DNA of 62,562 nt, filler included, from Globobulimina sp. (Eukaryota): NCBI GenBank assembly GCA_003354225.1. It is 26 parts of 26 records of this genome, joined end to end, with 100 filler letters (N's around TTAATTAATTAA, not from the genome) between each part and the next. Parts side by side here need not be neighbours in the genome. Positions count along the whole stretch, not along the records: positions 1 to 2,313 come from PIVH01007460.1; positions 2,414 to 4,726 come from PIVH01007461.1; positions 4,827 to 7,139 come from PIVH01007462.1; positions 7,240 to 9,551 come from PIVH01007463.1; positions 9,652 to 11,963 come from PIVH01007464.1; 21 more parts are not named here. One strand, given 5' to 3'. The translations under genes were made by a program, and so were the position numbers. Position 1 is the stretch's first letter; the number at the start of each line of letters is the position of its first letter. Positions 1 to 10,172 of the stretch are shown here, piece after piece. Below the pieces are notes generated by a model that saw only the letters and a list, made by a program, of their open reading frames with translations, was not told where the DNA came from and searched no databases.

Positions 1-179
1 TTTAGATAGTTTATTTGATTTTCGCGTTGAATCATTAAAGAATTCAAAGAAGCTTGTAAATCTTTCTCAAAAGAATGGAGAGCGTGACGCTGAATATTCC
101 AAGAAGATTGTTTCTCTTCGTTAAGTTTATTTGCTTGTTTTTTTGATATTTTTTTATGACTAAATAATAAACCAAACAT
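1..179 (-). CDS. 5' fragment of a hypothetical protein, runs off the window edge
   Basis: ATG at 179 then open frame MFGLLFSHKKISKKQANKLNEEKQSSWNIQRHALHSFEKDLQ... to position 1; no recognised domain. Confidence 0.3.
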   Translation of the reverse strand, partial: MFGLLFSHKKISKKQANKLNEEKQSSWNIQRHALHSFEKDLQASLNSLMIQRENQINYL

Positions 180-1134
180 ATTCAATATATAATATATAAT
201 ATTATTAATTTTAAATTATTTAAACGAATATATAGTTGAAAACAAAATATGCTGTGAAGAAAAATTATGCTTGCGTTTAACTGGAGTAATTGCTTTTTTT
301 AGTTGTATTGTTATTGTTTTAAATTAATATTTGATTTTAAAAATACTATCAATATACCGACGTATAATGAATAGAATTTTAAGACTGTTATTGAGAGAGA
401 AAATCAGTAGAGTCTAGGTATAAAGTTTGCTGTTACGTCTCGGTCGAAACAATGACCTTTGAGAACACGTAAATTTGAGTTTGGTAAATTAATTAATAAA
501 AACACAAGGTTCACACTAAAAAATAGAATCCACTCAAAAACGAAAAAGTTAAAAGAAATGTAAATAAATAAAAAGTTAAAACCCGGGTGGATAAAAAATA
601 AAAATGTTAGGGATATTTCGCATGATTTATACAAATAAAACACCTTATAAACAGGTCACAGATTTCAAACAATTTTTAAAAAAACACACATTTTTGACAA
701 AGATATAAAAAGTAAATAAAGATAAACATTGTTTAATTGATTAAACAATCAATAACTTTGGATTAAAACACAGGATATTTCTGTCAAAAGAAAACATAAA
801 ATTGACACATACAGATAACACAAAACACAATTTGTAGATACATAAACAATGAAATTCCTATTAAACACAACATGGTAATGATAGGAAAAAGGTTAATGGA
901 AAAATGTAAAAAGATTAAAATCTATACCCAACCAATCAGAACTTGTTACACAGTGATAAGTAATTTAATATTTCAAGTCATAAAACGAAATACATAGCAA
1001 ATCAAAAAATGGTATGATTGGGTAAAAGACAAAGAAAAAAAATATAAAAAAGCCTATACAAATAATGATAGCAAAATACCTTTAAAGCAATAATGACAAA
1101 TAAGACGTGTTCAAATAATCATAAATATTGCATA

Positions 1135-2313
1135 TTAATCCACTTCTAATGGTCGCATTCTTTTTGTTTTGTTTTTTCTTTTTGTGTTTTGAGTTTTAAT
1201 GTATGTTTTATTGTATTTGATGTGATTTGCTTTATTATAATGTGCTTTGTATAGTTTATATGTATTAAATTCAAAGATCTTTGTTTCTTTATTTAAAATC
1301 CAATTAATATTCCATAAATCATTCAATTTTCTTCCTCTCTCTCTATCAATTCTAATCTCTTTATTATATTTATTGAATTTTGTATTATAATTACGGCGAT
1401 TTAGACCTCTGTTATTAAAGTCTTTTTTGTCGTTTCCAGATTTAAAATGTGTTAAAAGGTCGCCCTGAAATTTGATTTCTAATTTATTTAAACGTTGGTC
1501 TGCAGCTTGAAAGGATGTGGTATTTTTGTTTTGTAATCCATTTAATATCATAAATCTGCAATTTGTTAATTTATTTTCTTTATTATAGCAGTCCGAATTG
1601 ATACGATTGAAGTGTCGGACCATGGGATATTTAAAAGCATCCTTGTTGTTAATAATTGCGTTTTTGTGTTGATTAATTCTGGTTTTTGCGCAATTTTGTG
1701 TCGATCCAATTGATTCAATGCCACAGTTTATACAAACCATCACATAAATGATCCATTTTGAGTTGCAATTAAAGTGTTGTTTAATTTTTATTTTTCGATT
1801 TAGTTTTGATGAAATATAATAATCTCCGATTAATAATAATTGTGTGCCGTTTCTGTTCTTTGTAGAGCAAATACTGCAACTTTTGGCACATCCAAAGCAA
1901 CCATTTAGTAAAGATATCATTTTTATAGATTTTTTTGTTTTGTTTTGGTCGATTTGGGTGATACAAAATGAACGGATATCATTTCGTTTTTTGATTATTA
2001 AGTAGTCCGCAATCAATTTAATGATTTCTATGGTTAAAAATGAATATTTATTAAGTTTCACATTGTATTTTCTAAACCAATTTAATGTAATTATGCCAGA
2101 TTTGGATACAAAATAATTGTTCGATGTATTTAATATTTTAAATAAATTCAAATATTCTCTGATTAGATAATTGTTTGATTGGTTGTTGTTGTTTGCACTT
2201 TTAATGATATTTAGTGCGTTGGCAATTTGCTGTGGATTTAGACTTAATTCTGATTCTTTTGGTAAATATCCAATTGGTAGGAATTCAGGGATATCTTTGT
2301 CTCCTTTATAGTG
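1135..2313 (-). mobile_element. Penelope-like retroelement ORF, C-terminal GIY-YIG endonuclease (5' truncated at contig end)
   Basis: Frame is open from 2313 to the stop at 1135. It has a Cys cluster (GCFGCAKSCSIC), then FNCNSKWIIYVMVCINCGIESIGSTQNCAKTRINQH...PMVRHFN...RLNKLE, matching the PLE-type GIY-YIG pattern with CxxC between the GIY and YIG halves. Confidence 0.8.
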
Positions 2314-2413
2314 NNNNNNNNNNNNNNNNNNNNNNNNNNNNNNNNNNNNNNNNNNNNTTAATTAATTAANNNNNNNNNNNNNNNNNNNNNNNNNNNNNNN
2401 NNNNNNNNNNNNN
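2314..2413. other. Artificial contig-joining linker (44 N + TTAATTAATTAA + 44 N), first of 25 copies
   Basis: The same 100-nt spacer starts at 2314, 4727, 7140, 9552, 11964, 14376, 16788, 19200, 21612, 24023, 26434, 28844, 31254, 33664, 36073, 38482, 40891, 43300, 45709, 48118, 50526, 52934, 55342, 57749 and 60156. The 12-mer has stops in all six frames. Intervening contigs shrink from 2313 to 2307 nt. Confidence 0.99.
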
Positions 2414-2797
2414 GTTGGTGACTCGTGGACGCTTCCTGTTAGTTTTATGGAATTGGATGCTGGCTTTATTCCTTCTACTGCCACAAAATTAAATCGTGTC
2501 ACATTAACTAAGTTAACGAGAACAGAAGATAACGATACTATTGCTACACTAGAATACACATTATCTGAGTATTTCAAGGGTCGTGTGAAAAACCCAATAT
2601 CCAAGGAAGAGGCACCATCTGAAATGAGTTACTCTTTTGTAGGAATAGGAGAATTTATTATTAATAAAGGAACATGGAATAAACTTATTGGGCAAATCAT
2701 TTTAGACAGCACAGGATTCAGGGAGGTTCAGTCTACTCAATTGATACGGCTTGATCCCTTGGACAAAGTGCCACAAGATTTATTGGCACTTGAATAA
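2414..2797 (+). CDS. Bacterial hypothetical protein, 3' part; integron gene cassette 1
   Basis: Open from contig start (VGDSWTLPVSFMELD...); its stop lies 3 nt before the attC R'' box. Confidence 0.7.
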   Translation, partial: VGDSWTLPVSFMELDAGFIPSTATKLNRVTLTKLTRTEDNDTIATLEYTLSEYFKGRVKNPISKEEAPSEMSYSFVGIGEFIINKGTWNKLIGQIILDSTGFREVQSTQLIRLDPLDKVPQDLLALE

Positions 2798-2800
2798 AAT

Positions 2801-2929
2801 ATCTAACAAAAAAATGCATGGGAAGCAAATAGCCGACATCATTTTAGCTTTAAACAGGATTACACATTCAAATCGTTATTCAGCATGTTAACATGCTTCA
2901 GATTTGCTCCCATGATTTAAACGTTAGCC
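2801..2929 (+). mobile_element. Integron attC site 1
   Basis: R'' ATCTAAC (2801-2807) and R' GTTAGCC (2923-2929), with complementary arms ATGCATGGGAAGCAAAT / ATTTGCTCCCATGAT containing bulged bases; 129 bp; directly after a stop codon. Confidence 0.88.
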
Positions 2930-2958
2930 CTAATTAATTAAGGCGGTAATTATAATAA

Positions 2959-3744
2959 ATGCTTATACGTGAAAACAGATTTGTCACTAAGTATTTTCTT
3001 GGCCTTGAAAAGCTACTTGCCAATGATGTTCGTATAAAATCAACTATGAATCCCTCTGATAAAGGAGAGAATGCTGAAGAATTACTTCTGGGAGTGTTAA
3101 ATAATCACCTTCCCAATGCTGCACGTGCATACCGTGGTGGATTAATCCATGATTGTCACGATAGGCAATCAAGTCAAGTTGATATCGCAGTATATTCCAA
3201 TTGGTCACCACTGCTGTATCAAAATAAAAAACCTGTATTCTTAGCAGAAGGAACATATGCAGCTATTGAAGTGAAATCAACTTTAACTAAAAAATCTCTA
3301 CTTGCCTATCTACAGTCTTCAACTAAAATCAAACGGCTTAGTAAATTTTTAATCCCTCCAGCAATAAGCTCATCGCCTACAAGTAAATCAATTTGTACTG
3401 GGATTTTTGCCTATTCATCCAGGATTAAAAAGCCCAAAACCATTGAAAAGATTCTTATGGATTATCAAAAAACAGGCGTAAAAAATACGGAAATGCCTGA
3501 TTTTGTGTGTATCAATGGTGAATTTTGCTTTCAACGTTTGAGGATGGAAGACTTTGATCACGCAAATGCGTATGAGTGGTCTTCAGAAGAAACAAACGCA
3601 ATAGACCGTAAAGAGGAATGTATGTATGCTTGCCTTTCTGATCCCTTGGCAATGATGTTTGATACGATCCTAAACTATGTTAGTTATACATTTACCAAAC
3701 ATTTATTTGGTTTATACATTCATACAGTTTCAAGAGGTAAGTGA
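2959..3744 (+). CDS. DUF6602-like PD-(D/E)XK nuclease-fold protein; integron cassette 2
   Basis: Motifs DKGENAEELL..LNNHLP, GLIHD..RQSSQVDIAVY and AEGTYAAIEVKSTLTK are typical of DUF6602; bounded by attC1 and attC2. Confidence 0.8.
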   Translation: MLIRENRFVTKYFLGLEKLLANDVRIKSTMNPSDKGENAEELLLGVLNNHLPNAARAYRGGLIHDCHDRQSSQVDIAVYSNWSPLLYQNKKPVFLAEGTYAAIEVKSTLTKKSLLAYLQSSTKIKRLSKFLIPPAISSSPTSKSICTGIFAYSSRIKKPKTIEKILMDYQKTGVKNTEMPDFVCINGEFCFQRLRMEDFDHANAYEWSSEETNAIDRKEECMYACLSDPLAMMFDTILNYVSYTFTKHLFGLYIHTVSRGK

Positions 3745-3780
3745 GAATATCACAGTGACTATATTGCAATATAAGGAATT

Positions 3781-3914
3781 GGCTAACAAGTCGTTGGAGA
3801 TTGAACGAGTACCGCTGAGCGCTTTTTTTGCTCTGATTATTTTAAGTTTATCAAATTAGTTTACGGCACGTTGTTGTGTTACAGTGGTACTCGTCACTCA
3901 ACTCTGCGTTAGCA
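3781..3914 (+). mobile_element. Integron attC site 2
   Basis: R'' GGCTAAC (3781-3787) and R' GTTAGCA (3908-3914), with arms ACGAGTACCGCTG / CAGTGGTACTCGT; 134 bp. R'' is the exact complement of the upstream R' GTTAGCC, as expected for an excisable cassette. Confidence 0.9.
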
Positions 3915-3934
3915 AATAAAAAAAAGGAGAAAAT

Positions 3935-4726
3935 ATGGCCTTACCATTATTGGTAACGATCGAGGATATTGACGATCTAGTTTCATATCTCAAAACAAAG
4001 CCTGCTGGATCACTAATCGCTGAAGCAAAAAAAGTTATCCGTAAGCAAATATTTGATGCACGAAAGATGCCAGCATATAGCTCATGGGGGATAATAAAAA
4101 GAGATGGTGAACAACTTAAGCTCGATGATCGAGGATGGCACTTAGCGAGAAACTCACGCCCGAGACACATTATATTTCAGGATATAGTTAAGTCTAATCA
4201 AGCATATACGTCAGCGCTAGAGTGGGCCTTTCACAATGGTCTCGATGAAATTACAAGTGTGGATGCAGGTGCACACTGGCATGAACATCATTCAGAAGCT
4301 TTAGGCACGAATGATGAAAAAGGAATAAAAGATCGAGTGGGATGTTTTTTTCGTATTTGCGAAGCAGCCAATTTAGGTAAGCTTACAATTGGTCGTCGCG
4401 GTCAAGCGACTAGACTTTCTTTAAGTACAGACCGATTGGAACTATTCATCGGAGCTGGCATACCAAAGCCAGATACTCAAGTTCAGGAGATTAAATATAA
4501 CTCAGACACTACTGATGAAGAAGATAGAAAAGATAGTGAAACGGAAACTGATAAAATAGATAAAGAAACTGACAAAGACGATAGCACCCCCAATATTGAC
4601 ATTAAGGATAATGTTCGCGTATTTATTTCACACGGCAGAAACATGGAACTTGTTGAGCAGGTTGTAAGACTCGAAGATGAATTAGCAGGTATAAGCGCGG
4701 AGATGAAAACCACGGAAGTGACAGCC
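3935..4726 (+). CDS. N-terminal winged-helix-like domain + acidic linker + start of TIR-like (Cap12/PF10137-type) domain; integron cassette 3, 3' truncated
   Basis: RBS AAGGAG just downstream of attC2; helical N-terminal domain; acidic linker; VRVFISHGRN motif that starts TIR-like nucleotide-binding domains. Confidence 0.7.
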
Positions 4727-4826
4727 NNNNNNNNNNNNNNNNNNNNNNNNNNNNNNNNNNNNNNNNNNNNTTAATTAATTAANNNNNNNNNNNNNNNNNN
4801 NNNNNNNNNNNNNNNNNNNNNNNNNN

Positions 4827-5724
4827 GAAATATAGATGTCATTCGACTCAAATATATCGAAAAGAATCCAGAAACTAATAACGCTGTTTTGGCACTCTCA
4901 ATGTGCTCTTGATATGGCAGTCTGATATCAATTGCTTTCAGATTCCAGAATCTCATGGAATCGATCTTATCCGTTCCGGCCAACCCAATCTCGAATATTA
5001 CTCTTTCTCCTCCTTTCAAACCATCAAAATAAAAATGGGCATCAGTTTGCTGGAACAATATTTTTTTATTCCAATAATATTGTTTATTTATATCAATATC
5101 ATCAATTACAATAAATCCATAGTTTTGGGCTCTTTCAAAATTAATATGTCCTGAAAAGCACAGATTATGTTGTGGTTGTTTTAGGGTATTTAATGTGACA
5201 TTTTTCATACTTCCTTCTTTCAAACATAATATTTCAGTGTGTAATAATTGAGAATATTGCAATGCATATCGTATATCTCTACTGTTGTTTGCAGAGCCGT
5301 GATATGCTTGGAATGCGTTGTATAAATCGTGGTATTCATAATGTTGTGTATCAGTAACATTCATTTTATAATCATGATCACATCTTTTGTAATATTTAGA
5401 TTTTTGTGATAATCGACATTTTTTTATTTTTTTATATTTCATAATATGTTGGTATTTGTCGTCGCTTTTGTTATTATTTAAATCAATGCTCATGATGACT
5501 GAATACAATTTTATGGTTTGAACTTTGCAATGTTCCTTTCTTTTTAATGAACAGCTACAATGCTTTGGATGATGCATTTTTTTCCGTTTTAATTCGTTTT
5601 TACTGCCATGACATACTGTGCGTTTGGCCCAGTGTTGTGATGAGGATTTTGGATGTAATGCATTTTCCCTGTGTCTATTTTTGAACTTTTTTGATATTTG
5701 TTGGCTTAAGAATTTATTTTTCAT
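4827..5724 (-). CDS. Eukaryotic hypothetical protein (basic N-terminus), 3' truncated
   Basis: About 300-codon open frame running into the linker; no recognised motif. Confidence 0.55.
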
Positions 5725-5763
5725 GGAAAGATTATTCAAAAAGTTTTTAAGTCACACACAACA

Positions 5764-7139
5764 ATGACTTTACTTTCCAAAGCCACCACAACGGTAAAAG
5801 AGTTTCTATTGAATCACATCCAAAAGAATGCGTTATTTAAATATGTAAGCATCGGCTCTATCGGATTATTGGTTCGTTATTTATTTTGGAAATCGTACTG
5901 TAAAATTTACAATTATCCACCTGTATCGATTGGCATTCCGTTTTTTGGCTCTCTTCTTACATTTGGAGCAAATCCATACTCATTTTTAGAACAAATGCCA
6001 ATACGATATGGTCCAGTTGCCGCCATATCGCTTGGTTCATCATTCAATTTTTTCATTAATGACTTGAAATTAGCAAAGGAATTATTAGAAAACGATATTA
6101 TTAATGAAAGAAAACGCACTACGAATGCTTCAAACCTCGTCGAATTAAATGGTAAAGAATGGCGTGAAAGGAGGAAATTATTCCAATCCTTATTTTTAAC
6201 CATAACAAAATCTTCTTTTGTTTTAAACTCAACAAAATATGCATATAACAATTATGTCATTCCTTGCATTGAACAAAATATGCAAACGCAAACACTATTT
6301 TATCCATTAAACTGTCTCAGATATGCATCTTTTCAAAATATATTTTGTGCGACGTTTGGTCAAAATATTGAAATGGACTCACCATTTTATAAAAAATATA
6401 ATTTATTGATGGCCAAAAGAATAAAAAATGCGGGCATTTTTTTTCTAGCAAAAACGTTAATAAATATTGATTACGTTGGCGAATTAACAGAGAAATTAAT
6501 AGGTTCAGAATTTTTAAAACAAGCAATGAATGATACGATTATTGATTGGATGAATGCGAATGGCTTTGATGTGGAAGAGAAACGCAATAAAATACAAATC
6601 CTAAATAAGAATATGAATGATTACAATATGTGTTACATTGACAAAGTAATTGAGAAATTCAAAGTGAATGATGGTAATCTTACCATAAAGAAAGTTTTAT
6701 CAGATATCACTGTAATGCTTGCCATCGGAATAGAGGCCACGGCGGCTTCCATACAATTTGGTATTCATGTTTTAGCAAAATATGCACCGTTACAAAAGAA
6801 TTTATTTATGGAATTAAAAAACAGTTTGGAAAAAAATAAAATTGAAGAATTTAATTTTGATATTTTGAATGAGTTGCATTTATTTCGTGCTTTTTGTAAC
6901 GAGCTGATGAGAGCATTAATTACAACGCAATCATTGCTTCGAGTTTGTAAAGAAAATTATAAAATCGGTAAGTATACAATACCAAAAAATGCAAATATTT
7001 ATATAAATTTAAGACATTTAAATCGTGTGCAATGGTTTGAAATGTATGGTGAAAAGAATATGATTGATATGCTGTGTCCGGACTTATGTTTAAATGCATG
7101 GTTGGATAAAAATGCTAAGTTTAAAGAAAATTGTGATTC
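5764..7139 (+). CDS. Cytochrome P450 (3' truncated before heme Cys)
   Basis: N-terminal anchor, PP..IGIPFFGSL proline cluster, WRERRK C-helix, I-helix LAIGIEAT, K-helix ELMR, YTIPKN. Confidence 0.93.
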
Positions 7140-7239
7140 NNNNNNNNNNNNNNNNNNNNNNNNNNNNNNNNNNNNNNNNNNNNTTAATTAATTAANNNNN
7201 NNNNNNNNNNNNNNNNNNNNNNNNNNNNNNNNNNNNNNN

Positions 7240-8967
7240 GAAATGCACCAAGAAATGCGCACACTGCAATTGCAATAATTGTGATTGTCTCTGTATTCAC
7301 TTTGTGTAAAAAACAATAATTTAATATGTATATCAATAATATATGTACATTATAATTACCTCTTTGCTTTGTTGTAACATTAAATGTCGGATTTACAGTA
7401 GGATTTGCTGTGGTTTTTGTTGGATTTGCAGTTGAATTTGGTATCGATATTACAGTTGTAATGGGTGTTGGCATTGCAGTTGGATTCAATATTGGAAACG
7501 CTGTGGGGTTTGATATTGGATTTGCAGTTGTAATGGGTGTTGGCATTGCAGTTGAATTCAATATTGGAAATGCTGTGGGGTTTGATATTGGATTTGCAGT
7601 CGGATTTGTACCGCAAACTAATTTTGGACAATGTGTAACTTGATTACATTCAACAAAACATGTTCCCTGACAGCATAAAGAAACATCACTACACGCATTA
7701 TATGCATCGCATAATATGGTACAATGATCATTTTCATTGCAAGTTATCGATGCATACCAACCCGAGCCATAACCAGTTAGATGTACAGTAATATTTATTC
7801 CTGAGCTTGTAATAGTTGCAGAACGGCACGACAATGAACCAGTACAATAAATGTGTGATATTTTTGTTATTGTTGTTCCACCACATGAGAGCATCCCATA
7901 GCAATATACAGCTCCTCCATTCCCAGCAATAGATCCATAAAAACATGCTCTGTAAGCAGAACATTCAACCATTAAATCGTTACTATTCGATATTATATCT
8001 GTATAATAACATGAACGGTCTCCACTGCACACAACTGACGCTCCATTGCTGTCATATGATATTAAAGAACCATAACATGCCTTTTTTGCTCTGCAACATA
8101 TTGGTCCAACATTTGTTGTGTAAATAAGACCTTTTCCATAATAATGTTCTTGATAATTATCAAATGTTTTATCAGTCATTTGTTTTGAACATTCGTCTTC
8201 ATTCCTTGTTGTTATTTGTGTCGAATTCCAAAATAAAATTTCTTTTGCACTCTGTATATGTTAGTATACGTACGTTTTTATGGTCGGATTAAATGTCAAC
8301 ATACCAATTTTAAACCGGTGTTTGGCGACAATGCTAAAATAGTCTCATTAATAATATTGCATTGTGCATTGTCATCGCATATTAATGAAAGTCCACCGCA
8401 TCCCTTATAATAACAATGTATATTACAAACACTCCCTGCTTCGCAATTAATAGTTGCTTGATATCCTGCATAATATCCATAAAACTCTGCATAAAAAGTA
8501 CCAGATATAATATTTATTGTTGTGGCAAATAATGATAATGCTCCCTCTGCAAATAAAGATAAAGAATTAATTGATGAAATTGTTGAATGTGCCCATGATT
8601 TATCACCATCACAATAAATTCTCCCTCTGGTTGAAATATTTGTATTCATTAATGAGTTTGCTCCGTATCCATAGATATATTGTGATGCTTTAATGTATCC
8701 AGTATTTGAGCATGAAGATGTTCCCGAACACCAAAGCTTATATGTATCAATAAATGGGGTTTCTTTGCAGGATAATGCACCATAACAACCACGAGTATTT
8801 GTGTTAGATGATGTGGATTGGAATAAACTCTTATAACCAGAACCCTGGACATATAAAGGGTTACTTCCAATATCTATATCTCCCGCACATTCAAACGCAT
8901 TGTCACAATAAATTTTTTCACTATAAACAGAGCCAATAAATACAGACAAGAAACAAAGAGTTGCCAT
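7240..8967 (-). CDS. Secreted/type-I membrane Cys-rich (CxGxxSC repeat) protein with Pro/Thr stalk; spliced
   Basis: Signal peptide MATLCFLSVFIGSVYS. Intron 8252-8304 (GTATGT..TACTAAC..CAG) joins ORFs 8296-9003 and 7184-8179 in frame. A probable second intron at 7300-7359 precedes a hydrophobic TM segment. Confidence 0.8.
7453..7600. repeat. 72-bp coding tandem repeat, 2 copies (TANPISNPTAFPILNxTAMPTPIT)
   Basis: Units start at 7453 and 7525 and are near-identical. Confidence 0.9.
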
Positions 8968-9383
8968 TAAGGTAACCGACGCGTTGCTAAATTTAAAACA
9001 CAAATTGTAAAATAAAAAGGATTGTTTATAATATTATGATGAATTATTATCTAAAGTTGCAATGAATTCTCTTTAATTTGAATGTGGACTTTGATTGTTC
9101 TAATATGAGATTGTGATTAGACTATAGTGCTAACTAACTTTTTTCTAAGAGCTAATACTAAAAACTTCAGTTTAATGTATATTTCCTCGCCGGGATGTTC
9201 AAGCAATCGGTGAGTATGGAATCTAAAAATTGTTATGGATGAAATATTAAAGGGGCCAATTAGTGCACACAATGAACAATAATATTAATTATTTATTTCT
9301 GATTGATTGCAATCTGCGAAATGAAATCGGAGAAACTGAACACACAAAATAAGAACAACAATTATATTTAATATTATATTCAT

Positions 9384-9551
9384 TCAATCTTTGTAACCGA
9401 TTCCAAGCGAGACTTCAAAAATAAATGACTTCTCAGGCTGTGGAATGGGTCGTGGTGTAATATTTTCTTCATTAAATTTGGGATGCAAAGCACGCAGAAA
9501 TTCTTCATAATCAATTTGTCCGTCATCATCCCAGTCGGCATAAACAATGCA
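9384..9551 (-). CDS. EF-hand protein, C-terminal fragment
   Basis: Manual translation CIVYADWDDDGQIDYEEFLRALHPKF...*; canonical EF-hand loop. Confidence 0.8.
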   Translation of the reverse strand, partial: CIVYADWDDDGQIDYEEFLRALHPKFNEENITPRPIPQPEKSFIFEVSLGIGYKD

Positions 9552-9651
9552 NNNNNNNNNNNNNNNNNNNNNNNNNNNNNNNNNNNNNNNNNNNNTTAAT
9601 TAATTAANNNNNNNNNNNNNNNNNNNNNNNNNNNNNNNNNNNNNNNNNNNN

Positions 9652-9687
9652 AATATGACCAATATGACCAATATTACCAATATGACC
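9652..9687. repeat. 9-bp tandem repeat (AATATGACC) x4 at contig start
   Basis: aatatgacc aatatgacc aatattacc aatatgacc. Confidence 0.85.
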
Positions 9688-10172
9688 AGACAATTTTTGG
9701 TCATAGCGTCTTCATCTTATCCGATACATAATTCAGTATTTATTCGTTTAGTCTGTTAAATATTGATTGTAGACGGATAAAATCAACTGAATTATCGACT
9801 TTACTTTCTTTTCACTTAAATGCACTAACTCTAATGAAGATAGATAAAGATTTCTAAAGCATTATTAAATCTGGTCTTTATTTAAAGTGCTTTATCTTTG
9901 GAAATAATTTATTTAAAGATAAATAAATTTCTAAAGCCTTTGGAAACACCCTTTAGAATTTATCTTAAAAAACTTAACACCCTTGTTTCCAATTTTACTT
10001 GACTCAGTTTTACTCATTTCTAAAGATTTAAAATTTGACAGTGAAAATGTATAAAAAATGTAATTATAATTTAATACTAAAAGACACAGATTAATGATGT
10101 TACATGACAATATATAAAATAATGAGTGTGCAAACAAGCAAAAAAAGAGAGAATTGCAAATTGGGATTGCTT

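Noticed and set aside
430-466. Possible hammerhead ribozyme near the Penelope element (GGTCGAAAC)
   Set aside because: No CTGANGA core found on either strand at a suitable distance; only a small GGTC/GACC hairpin, and antisense to the ORF.
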